From: a virus
DNA: 64,000 nucleotides
IMG/VR virus record: IMGVR_UViG_3300014720_000002
Direction: 5' to 3' (one strand)
This document shows, piece after piece, positions 1-9,082 of the stretch. The position numbers and the translations under genes were made by a program. The notes beneath the pieces were generated by a model. That model was not told where the DNA came from, made no database searches, and saw only the letters and a program-made list of their open reading frames with translations. Numbering within the stretch: the stretch's first letter is position 1; every line of letters starts with the position of its first letter.

Positions 1-2
1 CT

Positions 3-212
3 TGGGTTTGGCTGCCGGTTTTCCTGGCGGCAGTGCTGATAAACCCGTTTCTCCACGCAGGCCACCCCTGGAAAGGGCGCAGGGAAAGCCTGGATAGCTG
101 GCGTGAGTATGGCACTGAACTAGCCCTCGGCTTTGCGCTGATCTTCTGGTGGTGCGCACTGCTGAGCCTGGCGTGCATCATCAAGATACTCGCGGTCCGC
201 GCTGGACAATGA
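3..212 (+). CDS. C-terminal part of a membrane protein (truncated by window edge)
   Basis: Open frame WVWLPVFLAAVLINPF...FALIFWWCALLSLACIIKILAVRAGQ* with two hydrophobic segments. Confidence 0.5.
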   Translation, partial: WVWLPVFLAAVLINPFLHAGHPWKGRRESLDSWREYGTELALGFALIFWWCALLSLACIIKILAVRAGQ

Positions 213-323
213 CTTTCGGCGCCCCTGCACGGGTGCCGGTAAATACGCGGCAGTCACCTGGCCGCAACTAGGGCGATAAAGCCCGATGGTGAGGAAAGCC
301 ACCCGCTGGGGAGCAATCATCAC

Positions 324-524
324 ATGGCAAGAAAACACAAGGGATCGGTTCGTCACAACAGCGTGGTAGCGGCCTACAAGTTCACGCCGCCACCGCGCAG
401 CACCACCCCGCCGGCCGTCATTGCGCCGTCGCATCTGATTTCGGCGCATGCCGACATCAAGGGTATCACCTTCCGCAGCCTCGGGCGCGGCGGGGTTATC
501 CGTTCGCAGACCCAGGCCTGGTAG
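324..524 (+). CDS. Small basic hypothetical protein
   Basis: 66-aa ORF, GGGAG upstream, followed by a hairpin. Confidence 0.35.
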   Translation: MARKHKGSVRHNSVVAAYKFTPPPRSTTPPAVIAPSHLISAHADIKGITFRSLGRGGVIRSQTQAW

Positions 525-537
525 GCCGCAACCATCA

Positions 538-583
538 ACGGCTGCCCGGGATCGCGCTGGCGGTTCCGGGCAGCCGTCTTTAT
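538..583 (+). terminator. ~40-nt hairpin plus CTTTA tail (hairpin family copy 1)
   Basis: ACGGCTGCCCGGGATCGC-GCTG-GCGGTTCCGGGCAGCCGT (18-bp stem with G-T pairs) then CTTTATG. Confidence 0.6.
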
Positions 584-800
584 GTTCAAGATCGAGCACT
601 TTTTTCTGAGCGGCTGGGAGGATGCTGGTTGGATTGAGACGGGTGCGGATGATGCGGATCGCCCGTCGCGATTTGCGACTTTGGAGGCGGCCAACCAGGC
701 CATCGACGAGTTTATCGCCGACAGCGTGGCTGCCCATGCTGCAGGGGATTTATCCGCTGCTTACGACCGCGCGGAGTTCCGGGCGGTTACTGTTGAATGA
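582..800 (+). CDS. Hypothetical protein
   Basis: 72-aa ORF, ATGA overlap with next gene. Confidence 0.7.
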   Translation: MFKIEHFFLSGWEDAGWIETGADDADRPSRFATLEAANQAIDEFIADSVAAHAAGDLSAAYDRAEFRAVTVE

Positions 801-1720
801 GCTACCCAATTTTAGATTTTACCTCGCCTGGTCCAGGGCTTGAGCCAGACGCCGACCGGTCGTCGTTGATGATCGTGCCAGGTCCCACGGACCTGGTGCT
901 CTACCACTGGAAGGACTTTGATCATAAGGCACCGCGCGACCGCAGTATTTCGCCCATGACTTGGGCGGAGTTCATGGACTTTTGCCAGGAACGCTGCGAT
1001 CTGCCTTACCAGTGCGTCGATACGGTGTGCTTCAGCGGCGGCAAGCTGCTGGTGGATGCCTGGTGTGACAACTACAAGTGGGGCCGGGCACGCTCCCGCT
1101 ACACGCGCGGACTGGTGCCCATGCTGACGCGTGTGTGCGACGCCGGTCTGATTGATCGAAGTCGGACCCCGGTGTGTCTGGGTAACTGGGCTAATGGCGA
1201 GGCGTATGAGCCGCTGGGAACACTGGCCGAGATCGTGGATGACTTGATGTCAGCCCGGACGATGGTGCTGTGGCACGGCACCACTTCCCTTAACGCCAAG
1301 CGGATCGCCAAGCAGGGGTTCAAGCTGGATACGGTCAGCCTCAACAAGAGCAAGAAAGAAGCGATCTACTTTTCTGCCTCGGCATTCCGGGCCAGCTATT
1401 TTGCCCGTGATGCGGTGGTGCGGCAGCGCAAGCTGTTGAAGAAGGAAGCGCCGGCTGATTGGAGCAAGCAGAAGCTGGCGGCTATCGAGCCCTGCGTGAT
1501 TCGGTGTCTGTTCGATCGTGCTGAGGTGCTGCCGCATCTGCTGCCGGATGACGACTGGTTATCGCTGGCCAGTCATGAGGGAATTGACCCAGGTCGTGGG
1601 TTTGCCAGCCTGGCTGAGTTCGGACAGGTGGCTATGCGGGAAGTGCCAGAACACAGTCGGGACATCTGGATGTTGGACAAGCTCAGCCACGACCGAGGAG
1701 AAATCCGGAATGAAGATTAA
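797..1720 (+). CDS. Putative ADP-ribosyltransferase (PARP/ART-fold) domain protein
   Basis: C-terminal half has WHGTT...GF...AIYFS...ASYFA, matching the HGT / YF[ST] / Y-A pattern of the ART fold. Confidence 0.6.
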   Translation: MSYPILDFTSPGPGLEPDADRSSLMIVPGPTDLVLYHWKDFDHKAPRDRSISPMTWAEFMDFCQERCDLPYQCVDTVCFSGGKLLVDAWCDNYKWGRARSRYTRGLVPMLTRVCDAGLIDRSRTPVCLGNWANGEAYEPLGTLAEIVDDLMSARTMVLWHGTTSLNAKRIAKQGFKLDTVSLNKSKKEAIYFSASAFRASYFARDAVVRQRKLLKKEAPADWSKQKLAAIEPCVIRCLFDRAEVLPHLLPDDDWLSLASHEGIDPGRGFASLAEFGQVAMREVPEHSRDIWMLDKLSHDRGEIRNED

Positions 1721-1976
1721 GTTCGCCGACATAGCCAACGGCACGCGGGTGACGGTCACTAACGAACCATGGGGCGCCGATGAGGAAGTGATGCCCAAGG
1801 TGGAGGTGTCTGGCGTGCTGGTCCTGGCTGATCCGAGAGATTCGTCTGACTCGCACTTTGTCCGGGTGAAGGAGGATGGGGACGGCGTGTCCGGGGTGAG
1901 CTTCAACTCTGATGATGTGCGGGAGGTGGAGGTGCTACCTAGCGGTAGAATCGTGGTGTCGCTTCAATTCACATGA
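1710..1976 (+). CDS. Hypothetical protein
   Basis: MKIKFADIANG..., GAGGAG RBS, overlaps both neighbours. Confidence 0.75.
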   Translation: MKIKFADIANGTRVTVTNEPWGADEEVMPKVEVSGVLVLADPRDSSDSHFVRVKEDGDGVSGVSFNSDDVREVEVLPSGRIVVSLQFT

Positions 1977-2221
1977 ACGGATTCATCGTGGTGGTCCGGC
2001 CGTATGACGATCTGGCGCTGCTGCCGGACCTCTGGCTGGTGCATGGTCTGGCTACGAAGCAGCGCCAGGCCAAGTTTGAGCAGGCGTTCAACTCAGCCCT
2101 GGCGAAGTGCAAGCAGCGCGACCCGGACGAGTGGAACATCGACGATGTCCGGCGTGAACTGCAGGGCTCGCGGCGCTGGGAAATAACAACGCTGGAGACA
2201 GGCGTTTCAGTGACCTACTGA
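1973..2221 (+). CDS. Hypothetical protein
   Basis: 82-aa ORF, ATGA overlap. Confidence 0.7.
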   Translation: MNGFIVVVRPYDDLALLPDLWLVHGLATKQRQAKFEQAFNSALAKCKQRDPDEWNIDDVRRELQGSRRWEITTLETGVSVTY

Positions 2222-2228
2222 GACTGGC

Positions 2229-2564
2229 ATGCCCAACGAGTTTATCTACAACATGGCTACTAAAGTCGTGGCGCGGGTGTGGACGTTCGTCTCGGACTCC
2301 AACCCCGACAAGGAATACGAGACGCTCCAATACACGGACGCCTCTACGTCCTGCAACTGCCCAGGCTGGACCCGTCGGGTGACCGCTGACGGCCAGCGCA
2401 CCTGCAAGCATACCCGGCTGGTGGACCAGGGGCGTGCCGACGCGGTGGCGGTGTCGTCGCAGAACTATCAGGCGGTGAACCGACCGACCCCATCGGCAGC
2501 CAAACCCAAGAGCAAGAAGGCCGAAGGGTTCAGTGAACCAGGCAAGCGGGAGTTTGTGTTGTGA
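2229..2564 (+). CDS. SWIM zinc-finger protein
   Basis: SCNCPGW...RTCKH = CxC-Xn-CxH SWIM signature. Confidence 0.75.
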   Translation: MPNEFIYNMATKVVARVWTFVSDSNPDKEYETLQYTDASTSCNCPGWTRRVTADGQRTCKHTRLVDQGRADAVAVSSQNYQAVNRPTPSAAKPKSKKAEGFSEPGKREFVL

Positions 2565-3037
2565 AACTGACCGAAGCACAAGAGCGCTGGCTGGCCGCGC
2601 TGGAGAGCGAACAGTATGCGCAATACACCGGCGCTCTTTGTCGTGTGGATGATGATGACTCCCGCAGCTATTGCTGCCTGGGCGTGGCTGAGATGTCGCT
2701 CGGGACCGAGACGGCCGGCCCGGTGGTGAGTGACGGTAAAAGGGTCATGTCGTTCTTGTCGCGTGACGAGGACGGCGATGTGGAGGATTCGGCACGATGT
2801 GCTGTGTTGTCTGAGTCTGTGTGTCGGCTCGGGTTGAGGTCTCCGACAGGGGAGATAGCACGGGAACACAAGGACGCATTTGACGCCGCGTTGCTGCGCC
2901 ACAGTCCTGACCTGCCGTTCAAGGAGCTAAAGCTGGCGGGTTGCCTGGCCAGTCTAAACGACAAGGTAAGGCCTCCGTTCAAAACCATCGCAGCGGCCAT
3001 CCGTGAGGTTCCCGAAGCAGTGTTTGAAGTATGCTAA
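2561..3037 (+). CDS. Phage hypothetical protein (YCCLGV type)
   Basis: WLAALES..YAQ..GAL...YCCLGVA pattern seen in phage early proteins. Confidence 0.7.
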   Translation: MKLTEAQERWLAALESEQYAQYTGALCRVDDDDSRSYCCLGVAEMSLGTETAGPVVSDGKRVMSFLSRDEDGDVEDSARCAVLSESVCRLGLRSPTGEIAREHKDAFDAALLRHSPDLPFKELKLAGCLASLNDKVRPPFKTIAAAIREVPEAVFEVC

Positions 3038-3543
3038 AACCAAGTTTGTTCTACACCCGGCAGCCGCACGACGCGGTGATGTCGTCGAATGAGGCCCAGG
3101 TAACGGCCAGGCTGTGCATGAAGTGGCTGATGGAGCAGGGCGATCGCTGGCAGAAGATTCCTCTGCTGTTGATCAACCGCTTTTACCAGGAGGCTGGCGG
3201 CGACCGTAAGCTGTCGATGGATGAGCGGAAGGAGTTTCGCCGCTGGTGCGCCAGTCCCTGGCGGGCCATGGCGTTCTCGCCGGTTTGGTTGAACCTTGGA
3301 CTGGACAAGCTGAGCGTCTTCTTCGCGGCAGCACAGCCAGACGAGCTTCAGGCGTTCCTGGAGTTCCGCCGGCAAGGACTGCATCTGGTCGAGGTGGCCG
3401 AATTGGCCCGGCTGGCGCTGGCGGACGGTGACATGTTCGACAGCGCGGCGGATCAGATGGACTTGTCTGACGCCTACATGAAGAAGGTGCAGACTGGTCT
3501 GCATTACTTCTGCGGTCCCGACCATGGACGCCCCTACCGTTAA
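3031..3543 (+). CDS. Hypothetical protein
   Basis: 170-aa ORF tiling with neighbours. Confidence 0.65.
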   Translation: MLKPSLFYTRQPHDAVMSSNEAQVTARLCMKWLMEQGDRWQKIPLLLINRFYQEAGGDRKLSMDERKEFRRWCASPWRAMAFSPVWLNLGLDKLSVFFAAAQPDELQAFLEFRRQGLHLVEVAELARLALADGDMFDSAADQMDLSDAYMKKVQTGLHYFCGPDHGRPYR

Positions 3544-3721
3544 GGAACTGCTGCCGGTCATCACGGCGTTTGCCAACCGGCAGCCGATTCAGTTCCGCGA
3601 GCGCAAGACGGATGGCCTGGCCAAGCCGGGCCAGTGGGTTGATGTGAATCCCGACACCACGCAGTTCAGGCTGACGGAGTATGATCTGCTGGTGAGGGAC
3701 TGGAGGGTTAAACCTCAATGA
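3524..3721 (+). CDS. Hypothetical protein
   Basis: 65-aa ORF, overlaps neighbours. Confidence 0.65.
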   Translation: MDAPTVKELLPVITAFANRQPIQFRERKTDGLAKPGQWVDVNPDTTQFRLTEYDLLVRDWRVKPQ

Positions 3722-3948
3722 GCAGAAAGCGCAGTCCAGCGAATAAACGTCGGCCGCGTGAGCAGGCGTTCAAGGTGGTGTGGGAGCTAGACCTGGTTAT
3801 GGCGCGGACCCCGCGCGCCGCCGCCGAACAGGCGTTCAAGATCATCCAGGAGCCGGGCACGGAGTGCACGGTGTTCCAGGTGCGCGATCAGTCGGGCAAA
3901 GTGCACGACATCGATCTGTCGGTTGCGGAAGAAGATACAAGCAAATGA
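3718..3948 (+). CDS. Hypothetical protein
   Basis: 76-aa ORF, ATGA overlaps. Confidence 0.7.
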   Translation: MSRKRSPANKRRPREQAFKVVWELDLVMARTPRAAAEQAFKIIQEPGTECTVFQVRDQSGKVHDIDLSVAEEDTSK

Positions 3949-4478
3949 ACAATCCGAACGAAGCAGAAAAATCTGGGGCCAAGATGCTGGCCGACATCCA
4001 GGTCTGGTTGAAGGCGACCGGGATCGATGCCGCGATGGCGCTTATCGATCTGGTCCGGCGCGGAGAGATCGGTTCGTCCACGGCGGTTGATCCTGAGCAT
4101 GGCACCGTGTTTTTGCTGGCCATGGCGCCAGCGAACCGGCTCGGCTCGCTGGCAGGCATGCCGACCGGGATCCCGGGTGACACCCTGATTCCGATGCCGG
4201 TGGCGCAGCTACTCACGGGCGAACAGGCGCAACAGGTTTCTCAGGCCGGTGCCTCTGGCCGCATGGTGCTCTTCGATGCCACCGCGGCTACCCGCCAGCC
4301 CGCGGCGAATGAGCCGCCTGCGCCGTTCAGCAGCGAGCAGACGCAGGACTGGCGTTACGAGGTGGCCAACGGTGACACTGTGCTGGGTCTTTCGGAGTGG
4401 TGTGCCCATCAGCGGGAGAGCCGTGTCGCAGACAACGCCCAGCCAACGAATGAGCAAACCAAGTCCGGACAGCCGTGA
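3945..4478 (+). CDS. Hypothetical protein
   Basis: Start re-called at the ATGA overlap (MNNPNEAEK...). Confidence 0.65.
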   Translation: MNNPNEAEKSGAKMLADIQVWLKATGIDAAMALIDLVRRGEIGSSTAVDPEHGTVFLLAMAPANRLGSLAGMPTGIPGDTLIPMPVAQLLTGEQAQQVSQAGASGRMVLFDATAATRQPAANEPPAPFSSEQTQDWRYEVANGDTVLGLSEWCAHQRESRVADNAQPTNEQTKSGQP

Positions 4479-5013
4479 GCAGATGCAGGAGGTCATGGTC
4501 AGGATGCAGGTTTCCCTGACCGTGCCGGCTCGGCTGTCCACCGACGAAGTTCGCCGGCTGGTGCAGCGGGGGCTGAACGGAATGTTTCCGGCTTACCACC
4601 GCCACTACCACCGGACGCAGTTCGCCGAGGAGGCCGACATCTACCGTCCGGAGACGGCCCACACGCGCTGGCACGAGGTGTTCCAGGCGGCAGAAGCAGG
4701 CCAGGACTGTTCGCTTACCCTGACGGAGGCCCTGGAGGCCCTGCGTCGTCCGCTGTCGATTACGGCCGCAGAGTGGCCAGCCGGCACGTCTTTGACGGAT
4801 GCCTGCCGCAAGGTGGAGAATCAACGGCTGCAGATGTGGCAGCATGTCATGGACACGCTGGGCGAGGCGCTGCCGTCGGTCTGGGAAACCATGCCGGGTG
4901 AGGCGGCGCGCTGCGTGTTTGTGGGCACCATGCAAGAGGTCAAGGAGTTCCTGGCAGGGCTTACTCCCCGAGAGGGAGCAAAGTTGGAGATCAGGCACAA
5001 AGGGACAGCGTAA
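4450..5013 (+). CDS. Hypothetical protein
   Basis: Start re-called at MSKPSPDSREQ. Confidence 0.65.
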   Translation: MSKPSPDSREQMQEVMVRMQVSLTVPARLSTDEVRRLVQRGLNGMFPAYHRHYHRTQFAEEADIYRPETAHTRWHEVFQAAEAGQDCSLTLTEALEALRRPLSITAAEWPAGTSLTDACRKVENQRLQMWQHVMDTLGEALPSVWETMPGEAARCVFVGTMQEVKEFLAGLTPREGAKLEIRHKGTA

Positions 5014-5014
5014 C

Positions 5015-5323
5015 ATGAGCAAACCAACAGTCAGGTCGGTGAAGATGTGGGCGCCGGTTATCTGGAACGGCAAGAAGCGCGAGCCGGACTTCTCCACGCT
5101 CAGCCGCCGGCGCAAGGACGCCGAGCAGGTCAGCAATTATCCGCCGGTCCAGGTGGTGGTGCAGTGGGACGGCAAGATCGGCGGCTCCAGCTTCGTCACC
5201 CGGGTGATCTGGGTGCATCAGGTCGAGCTTGCCTTTGCCGGCGGCGAGAAGTTCCTGGGTATTGAGGCGGTGTGTCGCGGGCCGGTTGACCTGGGTCGCG
5301 GGGTCGCGGGGTCAAGGGGCTGA
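5015..5323 (+). CDS. Hypothetical protein
   Basis: ATG 1 nt after upstream TAA (MSKPTVRSVK...). Confidence 0.6.
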   Translation: MSKPTVRSVKMWAPVIWNGKKREPDFSTLSRRRKDAEQVSNYPPVQVVVQWDGKIGGSSFVTRVIWVHQVELAFAGGEKFLGIEAVCRGPVDLGRGVAGSRG

Positions 5324-5538
5324 TGGTGCGCAGTCCCATTACCGGCCAGGAGTATGTGGTCGAGGCTTCGGCGGGCGGCCTCGTCGGCACTTCTGTGGCT
5401 GTCATCAAGGCGGCTCTGGCGGGATGCAGCCGGGCTGAGGTCAAGGCGCAGCTTGCCAAAGGCCGGGAGCAGTTGCAGCGGGTCAGCCTGGCCGGCACGC
5501 CGGAGTTTTGGTGGGCGGTGGAGAAGATCGTTGGGTGA
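5323..5538 (+). CDS. Hypothetical protein
   Basis: TGATG overlap, 71 aa; stop abuts periodic array A. Confidence 0.65.
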   Translation: MVRSPITGQEYVVEASAGGLVGTSVAVIKAALAGCSRAEVKAQLAKGREQLQRVSLAGTPEFWWAVEKIVG

Positions 5539-5958
5539 TGGCGAGGCAGCGGCAGGTTCTGTTGCTCATTGGTAAGGTCCGTTAATGTCCGGCGCTGTGG
5601 AGTAAAGTGACGGTGAGGCTGGGCTGGGTCACGCATGGTGTTGGTATCGTCCCGATAGGTTACGTTCAGCAAGGTAGCGTGAAGGTGCAGCGCCGGTATG
5701 TCGGCGCCTGGTTTGATCTGGTCTTGCGCAGGTGGTGATCCGTAGCGTCAGGTGAAGTTTCGTCCGGGTGTGGCTCGTCAATGTCGCGCACTGTTCAGCG
5801 AAGGCACTGTGGATCTGGGCCTCGTTCTGTGGCGGTGTTGTGTTGTCCCGTGAGGTTTCGTATTGGTGCGGTAATGCACGCCTCGGCGCAGTGCCGGCAG
5901 GCTACGGTTAGGCCGGGCAATACAAGGCAACGCTTAGCAAAGGTTCAGCAACGCAATG
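5535..5958 (+). repeat. Periodic NNNGY array A (5-nt register with +1 slips)
   Basis: G at nearly every 5th base, usually followed by C/T; register slips at about 5572, 5613, 5644, 5685, ~5700-5711, 5732, 5768, 5804, 5835, 5866, 5897, 5943. Confidence 0.85.
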
Positions 5959-6255
5959 AGCATATTCAATCCCAACGCACTCCCAGACCGGTCACCGATG
6001 GCCGCCATCCGGCCTGAGCACTGGCCGGAAACGCTGGCCGAGTTGTCCTGCCATGACGTGGTCGTGAACTCGGTGCTGCAGGCCAGCGGCCCGCATTATG
6101 CAAACCTGTCGGAGCAGGAATCACTGCGGCTGATGGTGGTGCTGATGGCGCAGCGGCATCAGCATGTGCTGGCGGAAGCCATAACGCAGGAATTCAAACG
6201 TGCTCCGCAGCCAATCGTGCTACCCCACAAACGAGATGATCAGAAAGTTCGGTGA
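5956..6255 (+). CDS. Hypothetical protein
   Basis: 99-aa ORF starting where array A ends. Confidence 0.65.
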   Translation: MSIFNPNALPDRSPMAAIRPEHWPETLAELSCHDVVVNSVLQASGPHYANLSEQESLRLMVVLMAQRHQHVLAEAITQEFKRAPQPIVLPHKRDDQKVR

Positions 6256-6562
6256 AGGACTCAGCACCCGGCGCGAGACGCACGAGGAACTGGGCGGCGG
6301 CTACGGACCAGACAAGCACAAACCGCTGGTGGCGGAGTTCATCGCCAACGACCAGGTGCAGATCTGGCCCAAGCGTTCCAGCCGCAAAGTGCAGATCGGC
6401 CTGCTGGATCTCTACGCCATTATCGTGCGCAAGAACGCCAACCTGGCCACCCTGGAGAAGGCGCGGGATCGGAAAGCTAAAAAGGAGAGCCAGCGAAAGG
6501 CGCGGCAGATTGCCGCCGCGGATCGACGGCTGCGCAAGGCGGCCAAAACAAACCTATGTTGA
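6236..6562 (+). CDS. Basic hypothetical protein
   Basis: MIRKFGEG..., K/R-rich helical C-terminus. Confidence 0.65.
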   Translation: MIRKFGEGLSTRRETHEELGGGYGPDKHKPLVAEFIANDQVQIWPKRSSRKVQIGLLDLYAIIVRKNANLATLEKARDRKAKKESQRKARQIAAADRRLRKAAKTNLC

Positions 6563-6903
6563 GTGAACAAGAGCGGCTGTGCTACCGGTCGCTGAAGGAA
6601 GGCGAAATCATCCAGCATGGTGATTTGGAGCTTGGTGGCGGTGAGCACGACCACTGGACGCCCGTCCTTCATCGGATCGGAAGCCCAGCCCCAGCGCCGG
6701 AATATCCGGCCCACAGCAAGTTCCTGCGACGCATCCTGTGCGCCTGGAAAGCCGACGATGACGGTGTCCTGCATGCCGCCTGCGGACAGGCGTATTGCTT
6801 CGAGCACGAGTTCACCGTTGGTGGTGCCTACCAGTTCTGCCCAGGATGTGGAAAACCCATTCGCCTATGCCCACCAACCTTGATCCCGGAAAGCGAGAGT
6901 TGA
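6556..6903 (+). CDS. Zinc-ribbon hypothetical protein
   Basis: ACG...FCPGCGKP Cys motifs. Confidence 0.65.
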   Translation: MLSEQERLCYRSLKEGEIIQHGDLELGGGEHDHWTPVLHRIGSPAPAPEYPAHSKFLRRILCAWKADDDGVLHAACGQAYCFEHEFTVGGAYQFCPGCGKPIRLCPPTLIPESES

Positions 6904-7328
6904 AGCGCACCCAGCGCACCAAGCCATGCCACGACTGCCCGTTTGCCAAGCACACGGCACCTGGTGCGTTGGGCGGTTCCACCCCTGAGGTGTATATGGG
7001 GCAGATCCAGGGTCCGTTCTGGCTGCCCTGTCACAACAGCAGCGGCTACGAGGAAAGCCGACGCGACCCGGGACATGAGCAGTGCGCGGGTGCTGCCATC
7101 TTCCGGGCTAATACGGGGCTGGAGCAGTTGATGCCTTCGGCCTTGCTGCATCTGCCTGCGGATGACAGCCAGGTGTTCCGAGGACCGGTGGAGTTCCTGC
7201 AGCACCATCTGGGCTTTACGCCGGAGCAGGTGCTGGCCTGGTTTCGCGCCAACCCGCCACAGAAGCTGCTGCAGGACGAGCTTGCCAAACAGGAAGCACA
7301 GGTGATGTTGCTGCCCAAGAAACCATGA
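6900..7328 (+). CDS. Cys-rich phage protein (PCxxCPF...CH...CAG type); paralog of 15065-15373
   Basis: KPCHDCPF...PGALG...PCH...QCAGAAIFRAN; TTGA overlap start. Confidence 0.65.
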   Translation: MKRTQRTKPCHDCPFAKHTAPGALGGSTPEVYMGQIQGPFWLPCHNSSGYEESRRDPGHEQCAGAAIFRANTGLEQLMPSALLHLPADDSQVFRGPVEFLQHHLGFTPEQVLAWFRANPPQKLLQDELAKQEAQVMLLPKKP

Positions 7329-7606
7329 GCGACCTCAAAACCTACGGCAAAGGCACCCGGGTCATGTGCGACCACCATTTCAGCGGCAAGCCGCGCGGCG
7401 TGGTGGTGGCCGTGCTGGAGCCTGGGCGGGGTAGCAGTGCCACGGAAGGCCGGATTCAGGTTCGGCTGACTGAGACGGTTGGGCCTTGGAAGAAAGGCGA
7501 GCTTCGGGAACTGCCGGCCTGGCTGGCGGTGCCACTGGCTCAGCTTCGTCCGCCGCGCGCTGGCGAGTTTTTCACCCGCGTCCTCACCGACTATCAATGG
7601 GCATGA
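7325..7606 (+). CDS. Hypothetical protein
   Basis: 93-aa ORF, ATGA overlap. Confidence 0.7.
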   Translation: MSDLKTYGKGTRVMCDHHFSGKPRGVVVAVLEPGRGSSATEGRIQVRLTETVGPWKKGELRELPAWLAVPLAQLRPPRAGEFFTRVLTDYQWA

Positions 7607-7812
7607 AACAACTGAGCGACCTACAGCCGGAGCCATCCGTGGTGGATGCCAAGGTGGATGAGGTGCTCATGCCTGGCCAACTGAGCCAGGCGGAAGTGAA
7701 GCAGGCCGCCGACAAGGCGGGTCGTGACAAGCTGCGCGTCCAGGGTGCGGCGATACGGATGATTTTCAGTGGCCTTGGTCCGACGAACGACTGGTTTTCT
7801 CATTATGACTGA
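7603..7812 (+). CDS. Hypothetical protein
   Basis: MKQLSDLQ..., ATGA overlap. Confidence 0.6.
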   Translation: MKQLSDLQPEPSVVDAKVDEVLMPGQLSQAEVKQAADKAGRDKLRVQGAAIRMIFSGLGPTNDWFSHYD

Positions 7813-8053
7813 CCGAAAGTTTTACTACCGGGAGTTTCTCATCCGGGTTGTCTCACCTGAGCCGGTGGATTCCATTGATGCGCTGCAGCGGGTGCTGAAC
7901 GATGAGCAGATGGGTGTCTGGTGCTCGCGCGAGCCTCAGCCCGCCCGTATGCTGGACGGCAAACAGACGGCTGACGAATTGAAGCAGATGGGGGCCACGC
8001 CACCGCTCTTCGACCTCGACGACGCCGGCAACGATCTCGATCCGGACGAGTGA
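7805..8053 (+). CDS. Hypothetical protein
   Basis: MTDRKFYY..., acidic tail, tiles with neighbours. Confidence 0.65.
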   Translation: MTDRKFYYREFLIRVVSPEPVDSIDALQRVLNDEQMGVWCSREPQPARMLDGKQTADELKQMGATPPLFDLDDAGNDLDPDE

Positions 8054-8376
8054 ACACCATTTTCGATGTTTATCGCCATGGCGCCAACCTCGGTTGGTCG
8101 GCTGACCAGGTGGTGACGGAGGTGCAGCGGCGGTTTAAGGCTGGCACCAAGCTGGGCGCCAACCATCTGCGCAAGCAGTATGCCGACACGGTGATGATGG
8201 ACCGGATCCAACTGCTGGCCATGTGCAAGGACCTGCGGGCCGTGTTGCACAGCTTCAGCCCGGACGGTCGTCCGCATGTGCCGTCGCTGGAAGATCCAGC
8301 CTGGCCGATGGTGCCGGCGGCGCTGCAGTCCAGCGCGGAACTGATTCAGAAACTAACCCCGACCGAAAATGAGTGA
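8050..8376 (+). CDS. Hypothetical protein
   Basis: GTGA overlap, 108 aa. Confidence 0.65.
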   Translation: MNTIFDVYRHGANLGWSADQVVTEVQRRFKAGTKLGANHLRKQYADTVMMDRIQLLAMCKDLRAVLHSFSPDGRPHVPSLEDPAWPMVPAALQSSAELIQKLTPTENE

Positions 8377-9082
8377 TCCGATTGAGCATGCCGTGGCCGG
8401 ACTGTTACAGAAGGCCATCGACGAAGGCACCAAGGAAGCGACCCATGCTGCGGTGGAGATGATGTCGGCGGCCTGTGGTTACCTGCTGCCCCGGGTTTCT
8501 TCCGTGGACGTGAACTTGAAGAACGGGCATGCGCGCATCGAGTTTCATTCTCCATGGCGGTCGCTCAACCGCAAGCCGTTGCCGAAGACGCAGCAGCGGG
8601 TGGCTTTACTGAAGGTGCGGCTTGCCCTGACCAGGTATTTCCGGCTGTTCCCACAGTCTGCCGTGCCTCCGATCTCGGTGGTCAACTGCCCGACCTGTAT
8701 CGGCCGAGCGCCCATCAAATGTGCGGAAATGGCCTGGCAGGAGTGGCGTCAGCGGTGCACCAAGGTGGTGCAGGACGCCATCGACCAGAAGGGCTGGGTG
8801 GCTGGCTCGCTGGATGTGGACAAGGCCCATGGGCGGCGGGTGGAGATTCACGGCTATCTGATCGACGCCAAGACCGCCAAGCCGGTGAGCGCCGTCGAAT
8901 GGGAGGCGTTTGCGCAGATGTTCGATGCTGCGCTGTTGGGACCGGACCAGCAGAAGATCCAGGTGGTGCGGTGCCAGAAGTGTGCCAGGAAGTCCGCGGC
9001 TATCATGAATGGCATCGAGCAGGCCGATCGTCCGTCTCCGGACGCGCAGGATAGTTGTGGTAGCCAGAGTTTCGCCGCATGA
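8369..9082 (+). CDS. Hypothetical protein
   Basis: 237-aa ORF with two CxxC pairs. Confidence 0.7.
   Translation: MSDPIEHAVAGLLQKAIDEGTKEATHAAVEMMSAACGYLLPRVSSVDVNLKNGHARIEFHSPWRSLNRKPLPKTQQRVALLKVRLALTRYFRLFPQSAVPPISVVNCPTCIGRAPIKCAEMAWQEWRQRCTKVVQDAIDQKGWVAGSLDVDKAHGRRVEIHGYLIDAKTAKPVSAVEWEAFAQMFDAALLGPDQQKIQVVRCQKCARKSAAIMNGIEQADRPSPDAQDSCGSQSFAA

Noticed and set aside
5293-5320. GGTCGCGG short tandem repeat
   Set aside because: Only about 2.5 copies inside a coding tail; not in the 5-nt register; likely local slippage.
5196-5672. ORFs crossing the periodic arrays (5196-5672 -, 5781-6017 +, 17053-17238 +, 22990-23424 -, and the 5' extension 23369-23680 +)
   Set aside because: Their P/H/R/T- or V/R/G-rich periodic translations are by-products of the 5-nt G register. 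Slips of 26/31/41/46 nt do not preserve frame, no single ORF spans an array, and codon bias differs from real genes.
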